Shown here: positions 63,886 through 64,000 of the stretch, one piece after another
Layout of the letters: every line of letters starts with the position of its first letter
Position numbering within the stretch: position 1 is the first letter of the stretch
NCBI GenBank assembly: GCA_966211335.1
Contig: CBIHNF010000001.1
Span: 730,847-794,846, forward strand
From: an uncultured Alphaproteobacteria bacterium
GTDB taxonomy: Bacteria > Pseudomonadota > Alphaproteobacteria > Micavibrionales > UBA2020
Length of the DNA stretch: 64,000 nucleotides
Reading direction: 5' to 3'
Translations under genes and position numbers: made by a program
Notes under the pieces: generated by a model
The model's input: the letters and a program-made list of their open reading frames with translations, nothing else
The model's database searches: none
What the model was told of the DNA's origin: nothing

Positions 63886-64000
63886 ATGATGTTCGCCGCC
63901 CTCAAATACGCTGCACCCGCAACGCCTGCCCCCACCAACGACCAGCTAAATGCACTGCTGGCCGCAGCGGGCGTCAGTAAAACGGTGTACAGCTACGTCA
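63886..64000 (+). CDS. hypothetical protein, 5' fragment (runs off window)
   Basis: ATG 63886, frame open to the window end (MMFAALKYAAPATPAPTNDQLNALLAAAG...). Confidence 0.3.
   Translation, partial: MMFAALKYAAPATPAPTNDQLNALLAAAGVSKTVYSYV

Noticed and set aside
1-64000. CRISPR arrays, rRNA genes, IS elements/transposases and prophage genes.
   Set aside because: There are no regularly spaced short repeats, no transposase or integrase motifs, and no rRNA-like sequence. The only substantial DNA repeat is the pilin duplication.

Overview
High-GC, densely coded chromosomal window of alphaproteobacterial type. Housekeeping genes present: dapE-dapD, recR, lolA, ftsK, pheA-kdsB, ohr-like, kup, phoH, sodC, nrdA/nrdB, pyk, tRNA-Val and tRNA-Thr. 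Many long ORFs in the track are antisense shadows typical of GC-rich DNA and were not called. Accessory blocks interrupt the housekeeping backbone. (1) 2.8-9.6 kb is a type IV pilin locus. Two tandem genes encode identical mature pilins behind unrelated leaders and 5' regions. They converge on an operon of three very large prepilin-type paralogues (401, 389 and 825 aa). These carry tail-fibre-like motifs, the largest also has a SUEL/rhamnose-binding-lectin-like domain and four Cys-rich modules. This is my best candidate for an undescribed adhesin system. (2) 41.1-46.6 kb, beside tRNA-Thr, is an isolated Dot/Icm (type IVB, IncI-like) coupling-protein module: DotM/IcmP-like, an unknown 167-aa TM protein, then DotL/IcmO-like. 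The DotL-like protein has a novel Ala/Pro-rich tail with four 'P-x-[ST]-W-x-[DE]-V-I' repeats. A small TM protein and an ankyrin protein follow. No other T4SS genes are in the window. (3) Eukaryote-like repeat proteins are scattered through the window (four ANK-type, one LRR-like, one Sel1-like), consistent with a host- or prey-interacting lifestyle. (4) A CpdR-like single-domain receiver has all phospho-chemistry residues substituted. (5) A split wHTH + WYL gene pair is inserted between nrdA and nrdB. (6) Several sharply AT-rich islands occur, one of which ends inside the signal-peptide codons of a hydrolase gene. I saw no CRISPR array, rRNA, transposase or integrase. All domain calls rest on motif recognition by eye and need HMM or structure searches.
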